From Catajapyx aquilonaris (Eukaryota), in assembly GCA_000934665.2 (NCBI GenBank), contig KZ538055.1, forward strand, positions 1-64,000: a stretch of DNA of 64,000 nt, read 5' to 3'. This document shows positions 1 through 12,680 of this stretch, one piece after another. The notes beneath the pieces are model-generated. The model was not told where the DNA came from and did not search any database. It saw nothing but the letters and a program-made list of their open reading frames with translations. Within the stretch, counting starts at the first letter, position 1. Every line of letters begins with the position of its first letter. The translations under genes and the position numbers were made by a program.

Positions 1-220
1 GCTACCTGTAAACAGTGGCAACGCACGTGGCAACGACAGAAAGAACGCTAAGCACTCTCCACATGCCGATGTCCGAACACGCCCAGTTGCCAGGTAACGC
101 CAAAGTCGTTGTTTACACTTGTTATATGCTATTGTGTCCAGCACTGTACATAATAACTGTACTGGACGATTTGTGTGCAATGACAAAATATGTTTGTATA
201 GGCTGAAGAAATGCAATTAC

Positions 221-1154
221 CTTGAGGAATTCCGGTGGGTTCTTGAAACAGCCAACTCCAGGAGGAGTTCCAGTCAGGATGATGTCACCCGGAAGCAGCG
301 TACAGAACCTTAAAGATGATCAGATCAGTACGTAGCAATCAGTGCACTCGCTGGAGGCATGTTGACTTACTTGGAAATGAAAGCTACGATGGCAGGCACC
401 CCAAAGACCATCTTGTCAGTGTTTCCATCCTGCTTCATGACCCCATTGACCTTGCACCGGATGCCCAGCTTGTGTGGGTCTGGTATCCCTTCCTTGGTGA
501 CCACGGCTGGTCCGATGGGACAGAACGTGTCCATTGTCTTGCCCAGGAGCCACTGACCCCCGTTCCTTTGCAACTGCCATTCACGTGCGCTGACATCGTG
601 AGCCACTGTGTATCCAAACACGTAATCAAGCGCCTTGGATTCAGGCACATTCTTTGCTGCCTTTCCGATGACTATGGCCAACTCCACTTCCCAATCCAGC
701 TCGGATGTCAGGTCGGGATAGATCAAGTCATCTGAAGGTCCGCATATGGAGCTGGGGAACTTGTTGAATATCAGTGGCTCGGTCGGTATGGGCTTGTTCT
801 GTTCTTCGCAGTGGTCCTTGTAGTTCATCCCCACACAAACGACCTTGTCCGGTGATGTGATGGGAGCCAGAAGATGGACATCCTGATACTGCAGTTTGGG
901 TGCCGACTTCACCAAGCTGCCAAAAATCATGAAAACAGTTACGCTGCAAAACCCTGCCGTGTTGTGACTGACCTGTTGACCTTCCCCATGCATTCCCCAT
1001 TGTGCAACAGTTGGACCAGGCTGCTTGGTATGGCCGGGTCGGCCGCACACAGGTCAACAATAGGTCCACGCGGGCCATCCAGCTGCACCCCGACCTTAGG
1101 CGGACCTCCCTTAGACGTGAACTGCACAAACCGACTCATGGCCGTCCTCAGCAT
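221..1154 (-). CDS. FAHD2: Fumarylacetoacetate hydrolase domain-containing protein 2-like (3'-partial; coding exons 1154-973, 916-371, 308-221; final exon outside or at the edge of the window)
   Basis: The spliced translation gives MSRFVQF...[16 protein letters not shown]...[12 protein letters not shown]...[13 protein letters not shown]...[14 protein letters not shown]...[16 protein letters not shown]...[27 protein letters not shown], the FAA-hydrolase family motifs. GT-AG introns at 972-917 (56 nt) and 370-309 (62 nt) keep the frame, and there is a donor at 220. The start could be ATG 1154 or 1139. A likely 5'UTR intron lies at 1236-1165. Confidence 0.93.
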
Positions 1155-1236
1155 CAAGTGTCACCTGTAATTATCGGTATGACCTACAGTGATAATGCTG
1201 CAATGACGGTTATGTAAGTGTGTAAGTGCTACTAAC

Positions 1237-1620
1237 CTGAGTGTGCCTTCTAAGCTGCAGTGGGTGGGTCAGCTGCCAACAAGGCAGATTAAAAAGCAGG
1301 GTTGCCTTTCTAATCAAGTTTCTCCTTGACCTCTATTAGCAGTGGGGGTGGGACTAACCTGGTTCAAATTTCCCTCCAAAATGATACTATCGGTTGGTGA
1401 TACCGATAGTCCATTGGCGATGATTTCGGATAGGTCAGCATCGGTAGCATATGTGAGAGGCAGGCAAGGTGTGGAGTTGGGGGGTTGGTTTCTTATAAAA
1501 ACCGGTCTCCCCGGTGTGTGTCCGCCCCCTTTGCCTCTGCTGGTCAGTTGGGACAACACGCAGAGAAGGCCAGAAGAAGAAGAAGACACGTCAGCATCAG
1601 CGCCTTTGGACCAAGAGAAG
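1237..1620. promoter_or_regulatory. Compact divergent (head-to-head) promoter region between FAHD2-like and the aminopeptidase gene
   Basis: The start codons are under 500 bp apart and divergent. The plus strand has TATAAAA at 1494-1500 and an Inr-like TCAGTT at 1544-1549. A 9-bp inverted repeat ACTATCGGT/ACCGATAGT lies at 1386-1410. Confidence 0.6.
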
Positions 1621-4600
1621 ATGGGACGTCTTACCAGGTGACCACAACATGTCAACCACATGTTCAGAACCGACAAGTATTTTTAAGGAAAATTGTATTC
1701 ACTTGATCAGCCAAATTGTATGTCCGGTACAGCACAAAACAATTAGCATTGTAAGCCGCTGCCACCGCTTATGAATTGGTAATGTCCACTCCCTTTGTGC
1801 GGGATGGTACAATGTGTCCGCTGGTACGATGGCTTACATTTTATTCATGACCTTCAGAGGGGTGTTGCAGCTATTGCGGTGTCAATTTCTGGGATTGGAT
1901 TGCAGGAGTTTAACCTTGTTCAAGGTGAACTCGGGGAATTGTGGGTTCGCTTTTGGCCTTGTTTGCTGCGGGGAATCTGTAATGATAAGATTGATTTTTG
2001 GGGTTTTCCTGTTTTCACGTTGGGTTCTTCAGATTAATAATGATGTCGTTTGTCCCTCATAGAATGACATTAATCTGAAGAACCCAACGTGAAAACAGGA
2101 AAACCCCAAAATCAATCTTATCATTACAGATTCCTGTTCCTGCGTGCAGAAGAAAATGTTTGTTCAGAGTAATGAAAAATGTCTTTTTTTAAAGGATTAC
2201 ATGCCACATATTTTGTCGGTTATTGGGATGTTTCTTTGTGAATCTGTGTGTGACCATGATAATGACATCCAAGTTTTCATGTTATCCGCAGCAGCTGGTG
2301 ACACTTGTCTACTTCACTCTTATCAGGCATGTCCCATGACAGCAGATATCAAGGGGGCTGGTTAGACCGTGACTCACACTAGGATGATAATTGACTGCCA
2401 CATGGAAACTAATGACCTTCACTATCTGTTTTGACTTTCAAATGTAATTGAACTCCAAGTGCTAATAGGTATTAGTTCCTCAGCTGATAAATAGTAATGT
2501 GTTCCAATTATTGATAATTTTATGGGGATTTCCAAGTATCAATAATATTCCTTCACTTCAGCGTCATCTACAATAGCCTGGCTTTGCTTTCTGATTCCCT
2601 CCAATCCTCTCTCTTGTCCAGTGTGATGCCATGCTCGCTGAGCTCGTGCAATAATGTGGACAGTCCCAACTATGATGCCATTGTCTTGGTGGCATCATCT
2701 GTCAGCAAGCTTGCTGGACAGTTCGATGCCCTGAAACCTCATCTGGAGGCACAGAAGAAGGTAATTAATGAAGACGGTGGAGTTTTAAAGAAAAAAGTGA
2801 CATGCATGCTTTTTAAAATTTCAGATTGACGACAGCTTGGAGAAGGACGGCGCTGTGATTCCAGTGCCTCTTCCAGCCAAGCGTCTCGTCTATTCTCCAA
2901 CTGGCCCCTTGGTTCGGGACTATGACGATGTCCGACGCTTTGGTGAGGCTGCTGGAAAGGGTATCCGTCGTGCCCTTGCAGCCGGGGCCACCAAGCCAGT
3001 ACTGGCAGTGCAGCCTGACGGAGGCTTCCCGAAAGCCACACTGGTTGCTGTCCTTGGAGCCTTGGAAGCACTCTACGTGGTAAGTAGCTGACACCCTACA
3101 TGTCAATTGGAGTTAACTCCCATGTGTTTTTGCAGCCTCTGCAGTACAGGGAGGACGTCCCGAGCAAGAGCAAGAAAATCGAAGACCTTGCAATACTTGG
3201 AGCCGATGAACAATTGATCAATGTTGCATCAGCACTTGAGAGTGGAAGGTGAGGACAACCAGATATTTATCTAATGACCTCTAAATTGACCCTTTTTAAT
3301 TGCAGATATGTTGCACGTGACATTGGCGGTGGTGATCCTGAACGCATGACCCCTCTTGGAGTGGAGGAGTATGTGAAGAAAGTGTTTGCCGATACTAACA
3401 TCACAGTGAAATCCATCAGTGGCCGAGCCACTCTCGAGAAGGAGTATCCTCTCTTTGCAGCTGTAGATCGTGCTGCAAGTGGTCAGTACTGTTGGGTGTT
3501 AGTCCTAGGTTGCCATTGTTTCCATTGGCTGCATAAATATACACAGAGGCTACTACCTGCTGGCTCCTGCTATGCTGACGTACATTTTCTGCTTGTTTTT
3601 CAGTGATTGAGCGCCACCAGGGCCGCATCCTGAACCTAAGCTATGAGGGGAAAGGTCCCATAACCCAGACCCTGTGCTTGGTGGGCAAGGGAGTGACCTA
3701 TGACACTGGCGGTGCAGACATCAAGGCTGGAGGTGTCATGGCTGGGATGTCCAGGGACAAGTGCGGGTCTGCAGCTGTTGCTGGGTTCTTCCAGGTAACT
3801 CATTCGTTCCTCTGTCTCCTCGTTTCAATCTTTGCATGATAAACATGGCAACAATGTGTTATTTCCCCTAGGTGCTGAGTGTTCTGCAGCCTAAAGGTCT
3901 GAAGGTCCTTGGAGGCATGGCAATGGTTCGCAACAGCGTCGGGGAAAATTGCTACGTGGCAGATGAGATTATCACTTCCCGAGCAGGGATGAGGGTGCGC
4001 ATTGGCAACACTGACGCTGAGGGACGGATGGCCATGGCCGATGTGCTGTGCAATGTAAGTTGGTGACATTACAACATTGATGGGGAAATAGTTCACATCA
4101 CATATGGAATTCCATATTGAACAGATGAAAGAGCTAGCAGTGAAGGAAGTCAACCCTTACTTGATGACCATTGCAACTTTGACTGGCCATGCTGCCTTGA
4201 CTGCTGGACATTATTCTGTGAGTGATTGGTTGGAGAGCTGGTTAATCGAATTCGCATTGCTGACACTGTGCATATCCTTTGACAGCTGATAATGGACAAT
4301 GGCCCAGCCAGAGCAGAAGGCTGCTCCCACAAGATGCAGAAGGCAGGCGAGATCGTTGGGGATGAGTTTGAACTGAGCAGCATCAGACGTGAGGACTACG
4401 AATTCCACCGTGGCCAGACTGAGGGAGAGGACCTCCTGCAGTGCAACAATGCTCCCTCCTCCCGCACTCCCCGTGGACATCAGACACCGTCTGCCTTCCT
4501 CATCATGGCTTCTGGACTGGACAAGCACGGAAAGGACGCCACGAAGCCTCTGAAGTATTCCCACTTGGACATAGCTGGGTCTGCCGGGGATGTGCCTCAT

Positions 4601-4663
4601 CCCCCGACTGGTGCTCCAATCCTGGCCATGGCCGCCAATTTCCTCCAGGATCAACTGCTGTAA
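1621..4663 (+). CDS. M17 (cytosol/leucyl) aminopeptidase, W07G4.4-like subfamily, 514 aa; exons 1621-1637, 2622-2760, 2825-3079, 3136-3248, 3306-3481, 3604-3794, 3872-4054, 4125-4217, 4286-4663
   Basis: All eight introns are GT-AG and phase-compatible (1545 nt CDS including the stop). The metal-binding and catalytic motifs LVGKGVTYDTGGADIK...MSRDKCG and IGNTDAEGR are present, plus IATLTGHA and YSHLDIAGS. Exon 1 (17 nt) is the least certain. Confidence 0.93.
1972..2134. repeat. Long near-perfect inverted repeat (fold-back/MITE-like) in intron 1 of the aminopeptidase gene
   Basis: Arms 1972-2038 and 2069-2134 are reverse complements apart from a 1-nt indel, with a 30-nt spacer. No clear target-site duplication. 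Confidence 0.9.
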
Positions 4664-4719
4664 GGTGACATGAGTCAACACAGTGGCTATTTTTGTAATC
4701 CACGATTTTTGGCCAACGG

Positions 4720-4725
4720 AATAAA
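4720..4725 (+). terminator. Candidate polyadenylation signal of the aminopeptidase gene
   Basis: AATAAA about 60 nt after the TAA stop, followed by GT-rich sequence. Confidence 0.6.
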
Positions 4726-4808
4726 AATATTGCATGGAATCAAATGTTGTGTCATTGGGTCTGTTGCACACTTGTTAATCCCGAGGTGTGGAAGAACAAA
4801 TGGAGATA

Positions 4809-4885
4809 TTGGGTGGAATTTTCGTTGTACTACTAGGTACTTTTAACTGCTAAGTTAGTAGTAACTAAACGAAAATTCCACCCAA
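4809..4885. mobile_element. MITE-like element, family A copy 1
   Basis: Terminal inverted repeats TTGGGTGGAATTTTCGT...ACGAAAATTCCACCCAA; related copies at 5865 and 11909. Confidence 0.75.
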
Positions 4886-5052
4886 AGATGGTCAATGTCG
4901 ATTCTGTGTGGTGTACAAATTGAAATGGTTGACATTTGAAAATAAGGAACTTGATTTGAACCGATGTTGTTTCTTAACACAATATTTCATAGGAGTGATA
5001 TTAGAAGCTAATATATTTGTTTATAAGCACAATTAAATTGGATAACATGTTT

Positions 5053-5200
5053 GTGTAATGGTTAGCACTGCATCCCTTCCACCTCGGAGGTCCTGAGTGC
5101 GATTCCCAGGTTAGGCAGAGAACTTTCTCACATGGGAATAGTTCGATGGGATCTCTCTTATGTCTGTGTTCGGGGTTTTCTACCTCTCCAGAAGAGGCTT
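5053..5200 (+). mobile_element. Decayed tRNA-derived SINE-like head
   Basis: An A-box-like TGTGTAATGGTTAGCAC and a B-box-like GAGTGCGATTCCC occur at tRNA-like spacing, but there is no complete cloverleaf. Confidence 0.4.
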
Positions 5201-5864
5201 CTTTCTGCAACTTGGGAAGTACGGTAATTTCCAAACACTTCCAGGTGGTAATTGCACCCAGTTGCTTTTGACATCTGGCGATTTTTTTTCTTTTTTTTTC
5301 GCAAAATCCCTCTTGTCATTACATGTTATCTGCATTTATGTCAATTTGTGACTCCATAGCAGTTCATGCTCTCTATGGATGTTGAATGTTTTGTAGTGGG
5401 TCCTAGTAGGACCACCATCTTCTCAAACATTGTTATATTATTTGGACTTTAAAGATTTATTTGATGCTTGTTGTTTTCCTTATGGAATTTTTAAAATATT
5501 TCAACTTTTGACTTCAAGTTACTTGAGTGTAACTAATCCCAGGAGCCCTTGAGTGACTTCGAATCCATTGTAATTTTTATTGGGTACAGGAAAACTTTGT
5601 ACCTGGAAGGTTCGACCCCTGCTGCAGTTCTCTTCATTGTTAATTAGAAATCACCATATTGCGTTGCATGCGAGAACTTGCAGGATGTTGTTTTCTAGAA
5701 CCAATATTGTCCTCAGTGTTGACTACCAGGAATATTCATCAGCATTTTCTGCATGCAGTTGAAGATTTGAGATACCATAACATTGTGCTAGCAATGAAAC
5801 ACATGAAAATGATATAAGTCAAGATCTGGAGTGCATGCAAAAAGTGGCCCAGTTGCAGAAACAA

Positions 5865-5973
5865 TGGGTAGAATTTTAGTCATACTACTAATTACTTTTA
5901 ACTTAGCAGTACCATTGCATTACACTGGTATACTGCTAAGAAGTAACTAGTAGTACGACGAAAATTCCACCCA
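5865..5973. mobile_element. MITE-like element, family A copy 2
   Basis: TGGGTAGAATTTTAGTCATACTACTA...TAGTAGTACGACGAAAATTCCACCCA; same termini as copy 1, with a longer palindromic interior. Confidence 0.75.
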
Positions 5974-8900
5974 ATGCCTCATTACTGTAAGAGACATGCA
6001 ACATATATCCCACTGTGACATACACTAAAATAACCCAACCACTTCTGAACTGGCCAGATCAGGTTCTTACCATACAATCAAGCCTGTCTTGAACTTATCA
6101 ATGTATAATTAATGCTGTCCAATAGAAAATCTTCTGCTGCTTGATCCAACTCCCTGCATGGGCAAGGTCAGGAGAAAAAAAGAGATAGTGTGTGTGTATA
6201 GTATAGTTGTGTGTCTAATGCCAGGGACAACTTTTGGGTGCTGGTTCCTCCAAGCCGTGACCAAGTTTCAGAACGAGTTATTAGGCATCCAAAAAGGCTT
6301 GGGATGTTGATATGGATGTTTTTGGGAGACCATCAAGATGATTTTTTTTTTGTCTTATCTCTTCTCTTCTTCTTCTATCCTCCTCTGCTTCATTCCTGCT
6401 CGTCTCATCACCAGCCCCGAGGCAATGCAGGTTATTGCCTATTCAAATCCGAGTCTATTTTTGGTTCATCCACTTTTCCCAGCTGGATGCCGCCCATGTT
6501 TTTATCCATCCGACTCTATATTACATTTAAATTATTCTCTTTTTTTCCATCTCACACTGATCCAACACATACTCGACTATATTTACCACGAATTTTTGGT
6601 TGGCTCCCCTCTAGGCCCTTCTTTTCCATCGTTGAAAAGCAGTTTTCACTCAGGTGTGTATAGTGTGAATCCAGCGTAACATGGCATGGAAGTGGGTCCC
6701 ATTACTAACCTACCCCAAAAGATTGTTCGGGGATCAAAAGGAAATTCCTGCTGACTCTTTTTCCTTTTCTTTTTTTTATATATTTTCCTTTCCAAGCTTT
6801 CCTTTTTCTGACCGGCTTTTGTTGTCCGGTCTGGACGTTGGAAAACTCGCTCTCTGGCTGGTGGATAATATATACCACGGGTATAATAAGTGTGTGTGTA
6901 CGTGGGTGGGAAAAGTGGAGCGGGAAGTTGAACTGACCTCGCAACAATCAGGAAGGGATTACACGCGTCTTGTCCGATTGTTGCCTTGGGGAAGGAAGCC
7001 AGCCGGTCACAGGGTGTCGCGTAAAGTACGCTCCCATCGGGAAAGGAACTTCACGCCTTTGTAGAGACCAGGTTCTCACATTGCTCAGATGGCCAATTAA
7101 AACCAACCTGAATCGGTTTACCTGCGAAATCTAACAGGGCGGAGCTGGTTTTATGTCAACCGAACTAATCCACTTCCTGATTTTCCACTAAAGGAGCTTC
7201 CGTGGCTGTTATCCTGGCTTGCAGGCAACCATCCCAACGGCCTTGCAGAAAAAATAAACAAGGGGTCGCAAATGTTTCGTGCAGTGTCTGAAAGGGTCCA
7301 AACAAAGTGACACTTGATGATTGAAACGCTGCACCTGAGTTATGCAGGTTTAGAAGACACTATCGGTTATCTGAATCAGGTTTTACGATAAGACACTCGC
7401 TAATTGACCTTGCATATAGTCGTACATCTAGCTTGTCAGGCGATGGGGGCAACTTTTTTTTTTCGTTTAAACACTTCTTCCGGTTGATTACAGTCAAGGT
7501 GTTTGCTAGGCTGCACCGCGAGTGACGCTCATATATTATTATTTTTCGATGAGGGTGAACCAGTATTACACCAACTTGCAGATTGGAAGGAACAAAAAAA
7601 AATTAGCATGTGGGAGGCCGTCAATTAGTTAGTGCCATTGCAGTGACACACTGATGCAATTGCTGGCATTTAAATCAATTATGCACCTTGCATCCTGAAA
7701 ACAGTCATTAATTTTGAAGCAAACGAAAACAATATTTTGTGGACTGTCATGTTTATCAGTACTCATAGTTAATTTAAAAGCAGAATCCTGTATAAACAGG
7801 TGAGCCACAAAAATTCGAGATGGCCATATGTGTAAATTTGAATGGGATGAGTGGGGGGGGGGGGGGGGGNGGGGGGCGAATGAGAAGGGGTTTTAGATTA
7901 GACCTTTTGAGAGTGGGTGTGAAATGCAAAAGCTGCAAGGCCGACCCCCATGCATGTGTCCTTCCTTTACCTCTCTCATGCTGGTGCCTGCCTGCCCACC
8001 TTCGCCTGCCAACAGGCCAGATTGGCTTCTTCTCAGAGATTTCAAACCACCATCCACAAGCACACGCCGAGGAATTATTTTCGTTTTCTTTCATTTCCTT
8101 TTTTTTTCTTCTTTATTCTGCCAACCAAACGTAGGAGAGTGTTGTTTATGGTCCCAAAGTCACATCAAGGGACCTTACTCACCAGGAGATAAAGTCAACG
8201 CTAACATTTATGTTTATTTTTATAGTCTAGTCCGTGGACACCATAACATGACGACATGGACTCGAAAAGTGCAAGGTGGAATCTTGACTTTCTAGCCACA
8301 GGACACATATCTCAATCCTGGGAATAATAGTGGGAGAATTTGCAAATGGACATCGCATCGTCACCTTTTCCTTTCTCACCTCTGTATATAGTTGATGCAT
8401 CGGCACGTGCAAAATATTTGATGCGGAATAATTGCAACCCCCCCCTGCATATTTGGCTCACGAATACAGAGCAAACCGAATGGAAAATATTCAAAAAAAT
8501 AAAATGTACAATTTTATTGACACTTATTTTGTACAGCAATTTATTTTGGTTGAAACCGAGTGTGTCAAGATCTGACGGCGGTTCATTAGCTTATGAACAA
8601 CCTGTTTAAAATGGCGGTAAGGCCAATTAAGGCGACATAATTATGTTCACGTGTACTTGTTCATACTTTTTTTTTGTCTCCCATATAGGAGTAGTACATT
8701 ATGCTTTCTTGCACGTTCGGAGCTCAGAGTGGTCCTTGAGTCTGATAAATATTTACAGTTGCACCTGAGAGCAAGATAGATGTACTTATCAGGCTGTCAA
8801 GAACCGGCGATGCTTTTAATAGCCTGCCTTTTGTGGATTAGGGAGCGGCCATATTTTACACTCACAGGCGGACAGGTTTAACTTCTAGCTGGCCAGAGTA

Positions 8901-11900
8901 TATAACCCCCGCGTACTTGCTGTACACCCAACATTTTTGTAAGGCTTCTGTACGCCCCCTGCCGAGTGAATTATTTGTTGACACCTTGTGGCGCACTATA
9001 AATATACCGGAGAACTGGTTACTCACAGTCTAAAAATGGCGAATCATGCACTTATAGTGTACTAGTTCTGGTGCATCGCCATACCTGTCCTACACATGCT
9101 CAAGTAATTTCCATCGAGCAGAGACTCACATTTTTCACGATTTTTATTGTCTGTGCTGCTGCCCCTGGGGAGTAGTCGTCCATGGAGCACACACATCATA
9201 ACACCGAGCACATACGGGTCGGGTGAACGACCCAAACGCCACTGGCTCCATGTGAATGGAACAACTTCCAGTGTGTAGTGTGTGTGTGTGTGTGTTTTTT
9301 TTGCGGGCTCACCTTTTTTTTGCGCGCGCGGGAAGCAATGGGACTGGTTATACGGCATCAGATACCTTACCTTGGTGACTGGATCACTACTTTGAGAGCC
9401 AGTGATTCAGACCAAAATATTTGGCTATAAAATACACGAAATAAAATCATAGAGCGTCCCCCCAAAAATTGTGTGACAGTAACGTGACTTAGTAGGTGAG
9501 TAGGGTACAAAGGCAGTACACAAAAAAAAATAAGACTGGGTTGAATGACTCGTTGGCTGTTATGCAATTGGCCATTCAATGACCTCTCGACTGATTCTCC
9601 AAGGCATCTGCATGTGTCTGAACTCATACTGTATCATACCCAGGAAGCCTGATAGGATTGGGAAATCCTTTCAAACTTGCCTGGAAATGTGTGTTACTTT
9701 CCCCCCAGAATTTTGCTGATGAGGTGTGGAATTAACCTACTTGCAAACCTTCCTCTTTCCCCCCCCCTCCCTTCCCTCCCTTCTTCTTTTTTATGCACGT
9801 ACATTGTTGTGTGCGGTATGTCGCAATTGATCTACGTGTAGTGGGACGTGCGAAGGGGTCAAGTTTGGCCTCGTATCTGTGTCTAGGTGAAAGCAATTCG
9901 GTTTCCAGCAAGCTGTACGTGTCACGCAAGGACGGCTCTCTTTTTTTTTTAATTAGCCTACACTTTTTCATTAGTCACGTAGATGACACAGTTGTTCTCT
10001 AATAATACGAGCATTTTAGTAATTTTTAAAACTATCTGGACTTGAAGCGGAACCAAACGTTTATGACAATTTTGCGCAGCAGATTGTTTCTTTCGACTAA
10101 AATTGGACCATTGTGAGATTTTTTAAGCATTGAAAGGCTATCATATTAGAGACATACTTTTAATTACATACATTTGGGTTTAAAGTGAGTTATTTAGCAT
10201 TGTCTGATAGTACTTTGAAGCTTACTTGCTGATGGTGAAGTCGATTATCTGCCTATTTATTGCCACAAGGGAAAAGCGAGTCCTCAAACTTCAAACAGCC
10301 ACATCTCAAAGTCAATCCACAGTTACTCTGATTTTTCTAGAAACTCTTTAGGAATAATTAAAAATGCACATTATGCAGCAAATTAACAATGTTATTTTGT
10401 CTGTTTCAGTTGGGTTACACCGCACTGGAGGGCTTGTTTGAAATCAATTATTCTCTTTGGGATGGAATTGACGAAATATGACGAATTGAGATAATATAAT
10501 ATTTTGGAGGTACGTCGAGTTTTTATTTTATTTTAATGAGAATCGAAAGTGGTCGCTGAACAATTTCTGCAATGGTTATTATTTGCGATGCTCCCATTGG
10601 ACCTGTGTGTATTTTCGGGGCGGTCATATTGTGTCAGAGGTGTGGTCCAGCCTTGAGCCGAGTTGTGGCGTTAATTTATTAGCGCCGTGGGAAAGCTCCA
10701 AAGGAATTTGAGTTGAGGTGCTTTTTTTTTGGAGGAGGCCTAGCAGTGGTGGTGGAGGAGGCCTGGGTCCTTCTTCGGAGGTCATGTATAGGACGCACCC
10801 GGAATATTTAAAAAAAAGGGAGGGAATCAGCGGGCTTCAATGGCCGGGGTCTTCCCTCAATTTTTCCTCAAAGTTCATTCACTCCTGGGTCCGACCTTGA
10901 AGCCATCCTCAGCCCAATTTGGGGGGTCCTGGGTCCCAACTACACACGCCTCCTAATGGTTCATCCTGGCGCCTGCAAAAAAAAAAATATATTTTAAAAA
11001 ATAAAAGAAGTGTACAGCCTTGACAATGACACCTACTGAGTTGGCGAATTTGCAGCAGGTGTCGTTGGCTCCTTTTTTTATCTCCTCCTTTTGCAAACCC
11101 CTCCCTGTTCCATTGACCCCTGTTGCGAAGTTGCTCCAGAGACCTAGAAGCGTGGCCTGGCTATGTTTATCCGGCGTTTAGAGAAACATTTGTGTAAATT
11201 GCGCTCTTCCTTCTCTGCTATTACGCAAATTTCGGGCCGGCTTGAATAGCATTTCGTATACAGCGTATCATCAGAGGAGGGGAAAAAACCTAAGGTGTCA
11301 TAAATACATGTGGATGTCTTACTAGTTTTTGTTGCCATTTTTTGCACCCCTTAAAAAATGGAGGCCTGAAGCGACGTGTGTGTATGTGTGGGGAGGTGGA
11401 AGAAAAAAAACATTCAAGTTCAACATCCTTGCAAAATGTGGTGGGTCGAGATACCTCCTGTTCGACCTATGTATAGTGACCTATGTGCACATGTATATGT
11501 ATGTGGGGGGTATTTTTAAAGGTGGAGAGTATCTCGAGGGGTGAATGATCGGAGGGCGTCGTCTCTTCGGAATGGTACAGTTACGTAAGGCGTGTGTGTG
11601 TGTGGTTGTTTGGCGATATTTGGTCAGGCCCACCGCAGGTTAGCCCTGAGTACATGTTGTCCAGGCCAACGGCACCTGACTCAAGTATCCTTGCAGTTTT
11701 TTTTTTTTTGCGCCTTCGAGGTTGCCAGCAAGACAGGTTCCGTTGCTTGGGAGGCTGGGGTATGAGGCTCTACCGTGCTAAAATTATGGGATGCATAAAT
11801 TACTGCGAAGGAGATAAATTAGCCTGCAGTTTAATTTACAGGCTCTGCAATCAAAATATAGTTTAACTGCAATATGCCATAACGTTAAAGTTTTAGTCGA

Positions 11901-11908
11901 TTAACAAC

Positions 11909-11988
11909 ATAGGGGGGAAATTTTCGTCATACTGCTAGTTACTGCTAAGTTAGCAGTAGCTAGCAGTGGGACGAAAATTCCACCCATA
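11909..11988. mobile_element. MITE-like element, family A copy 3
   Basis: GGGGGGAAATTTTCGTCATACTGCTAG...CTAGCAGTGGGACGAAAATTCCACCCA; same termini as copies 1 and 2. Confidence 0.7.
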
Positions 11989-12539
11989 TTTACTGCAGAG
12001 TACACAGTACCTTTTGATAGGATTGGCAAAACGCGTGGGTGAAAAGTCAATTTTTTATTTGCTTGGACTGTAACGAGTTGTTTCATGATAGTTTGTTGCG
12101 ATTTTTTTTTAAAATTAAGAGAATAATCCAGGACGCTGCCTGACTTTCAGCTGTTTTTTGGTGGATCCTATATCAGCATAATTTTGTATGACACTGTAAA
12201 TGTTTGTCCTGGTTTTTTTATTCTTCCCAGCCAATAAGTGGCAACGTGGCAATATTATGTGGGCAGCCTTCATCAGGAGCCGATCTTCAGTTTATGAGTG
12301 GTTATACATGCCAATCTGGTGCCATTAGTCCAGGTGATATTAGCACTTAATTATTATCATGGTAAAGCGTGTTTCACTCCATTTGAAATGGGGAGTCAAT
12401 TAGCAAACCAACCAAGGTCGGTGGGTCCTCTTTCTTTTTTTTTCTTTTTAATATGGGAAAGAATTGATGATATTTCGCTGGTGACAGGCTTCGGATGGTG
12501 GACTAGATTCGTACGATGAGTAGTTGGCTGCTAATTAAA

Positions 12540-12680
12540 CAGTGTAACAGGCAGTGCACTTGTTAGGAGCTCAGGCTCTCACTCTTGGGTTCTAATCGCG
12601 ACCTACATTTTCTGTGGTTTCACCCCTTGTCACTTACAAAACAATTCCGGAATTGTTTTCTTTCAAGATGGCCCTTATTC
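12540..12680 (+). mobile_element. Possible decayed SINE fragment
   Basis: A B-box-like GGGTTCTAATC is followed by TTTTCTGTGGTTTCACCCC..TCAC..AATTCCGG, which resembles the body of arthropod tRNA-SINEs. Recognised from memory only. Confidence 0.3.

Noticed and set aside
5053..5115. Possible tRNA gene
   Set aside because: The B box is degenerate and no acceptor stem forms; treated as a SINE-like relic.
9570..9590. Candidate ecdysone response element (CATTCAATGACCT) upstream of tal
   Set aside because: Only one half-site is good, and I found no convincing full IR1 EcRE near tal by eye.
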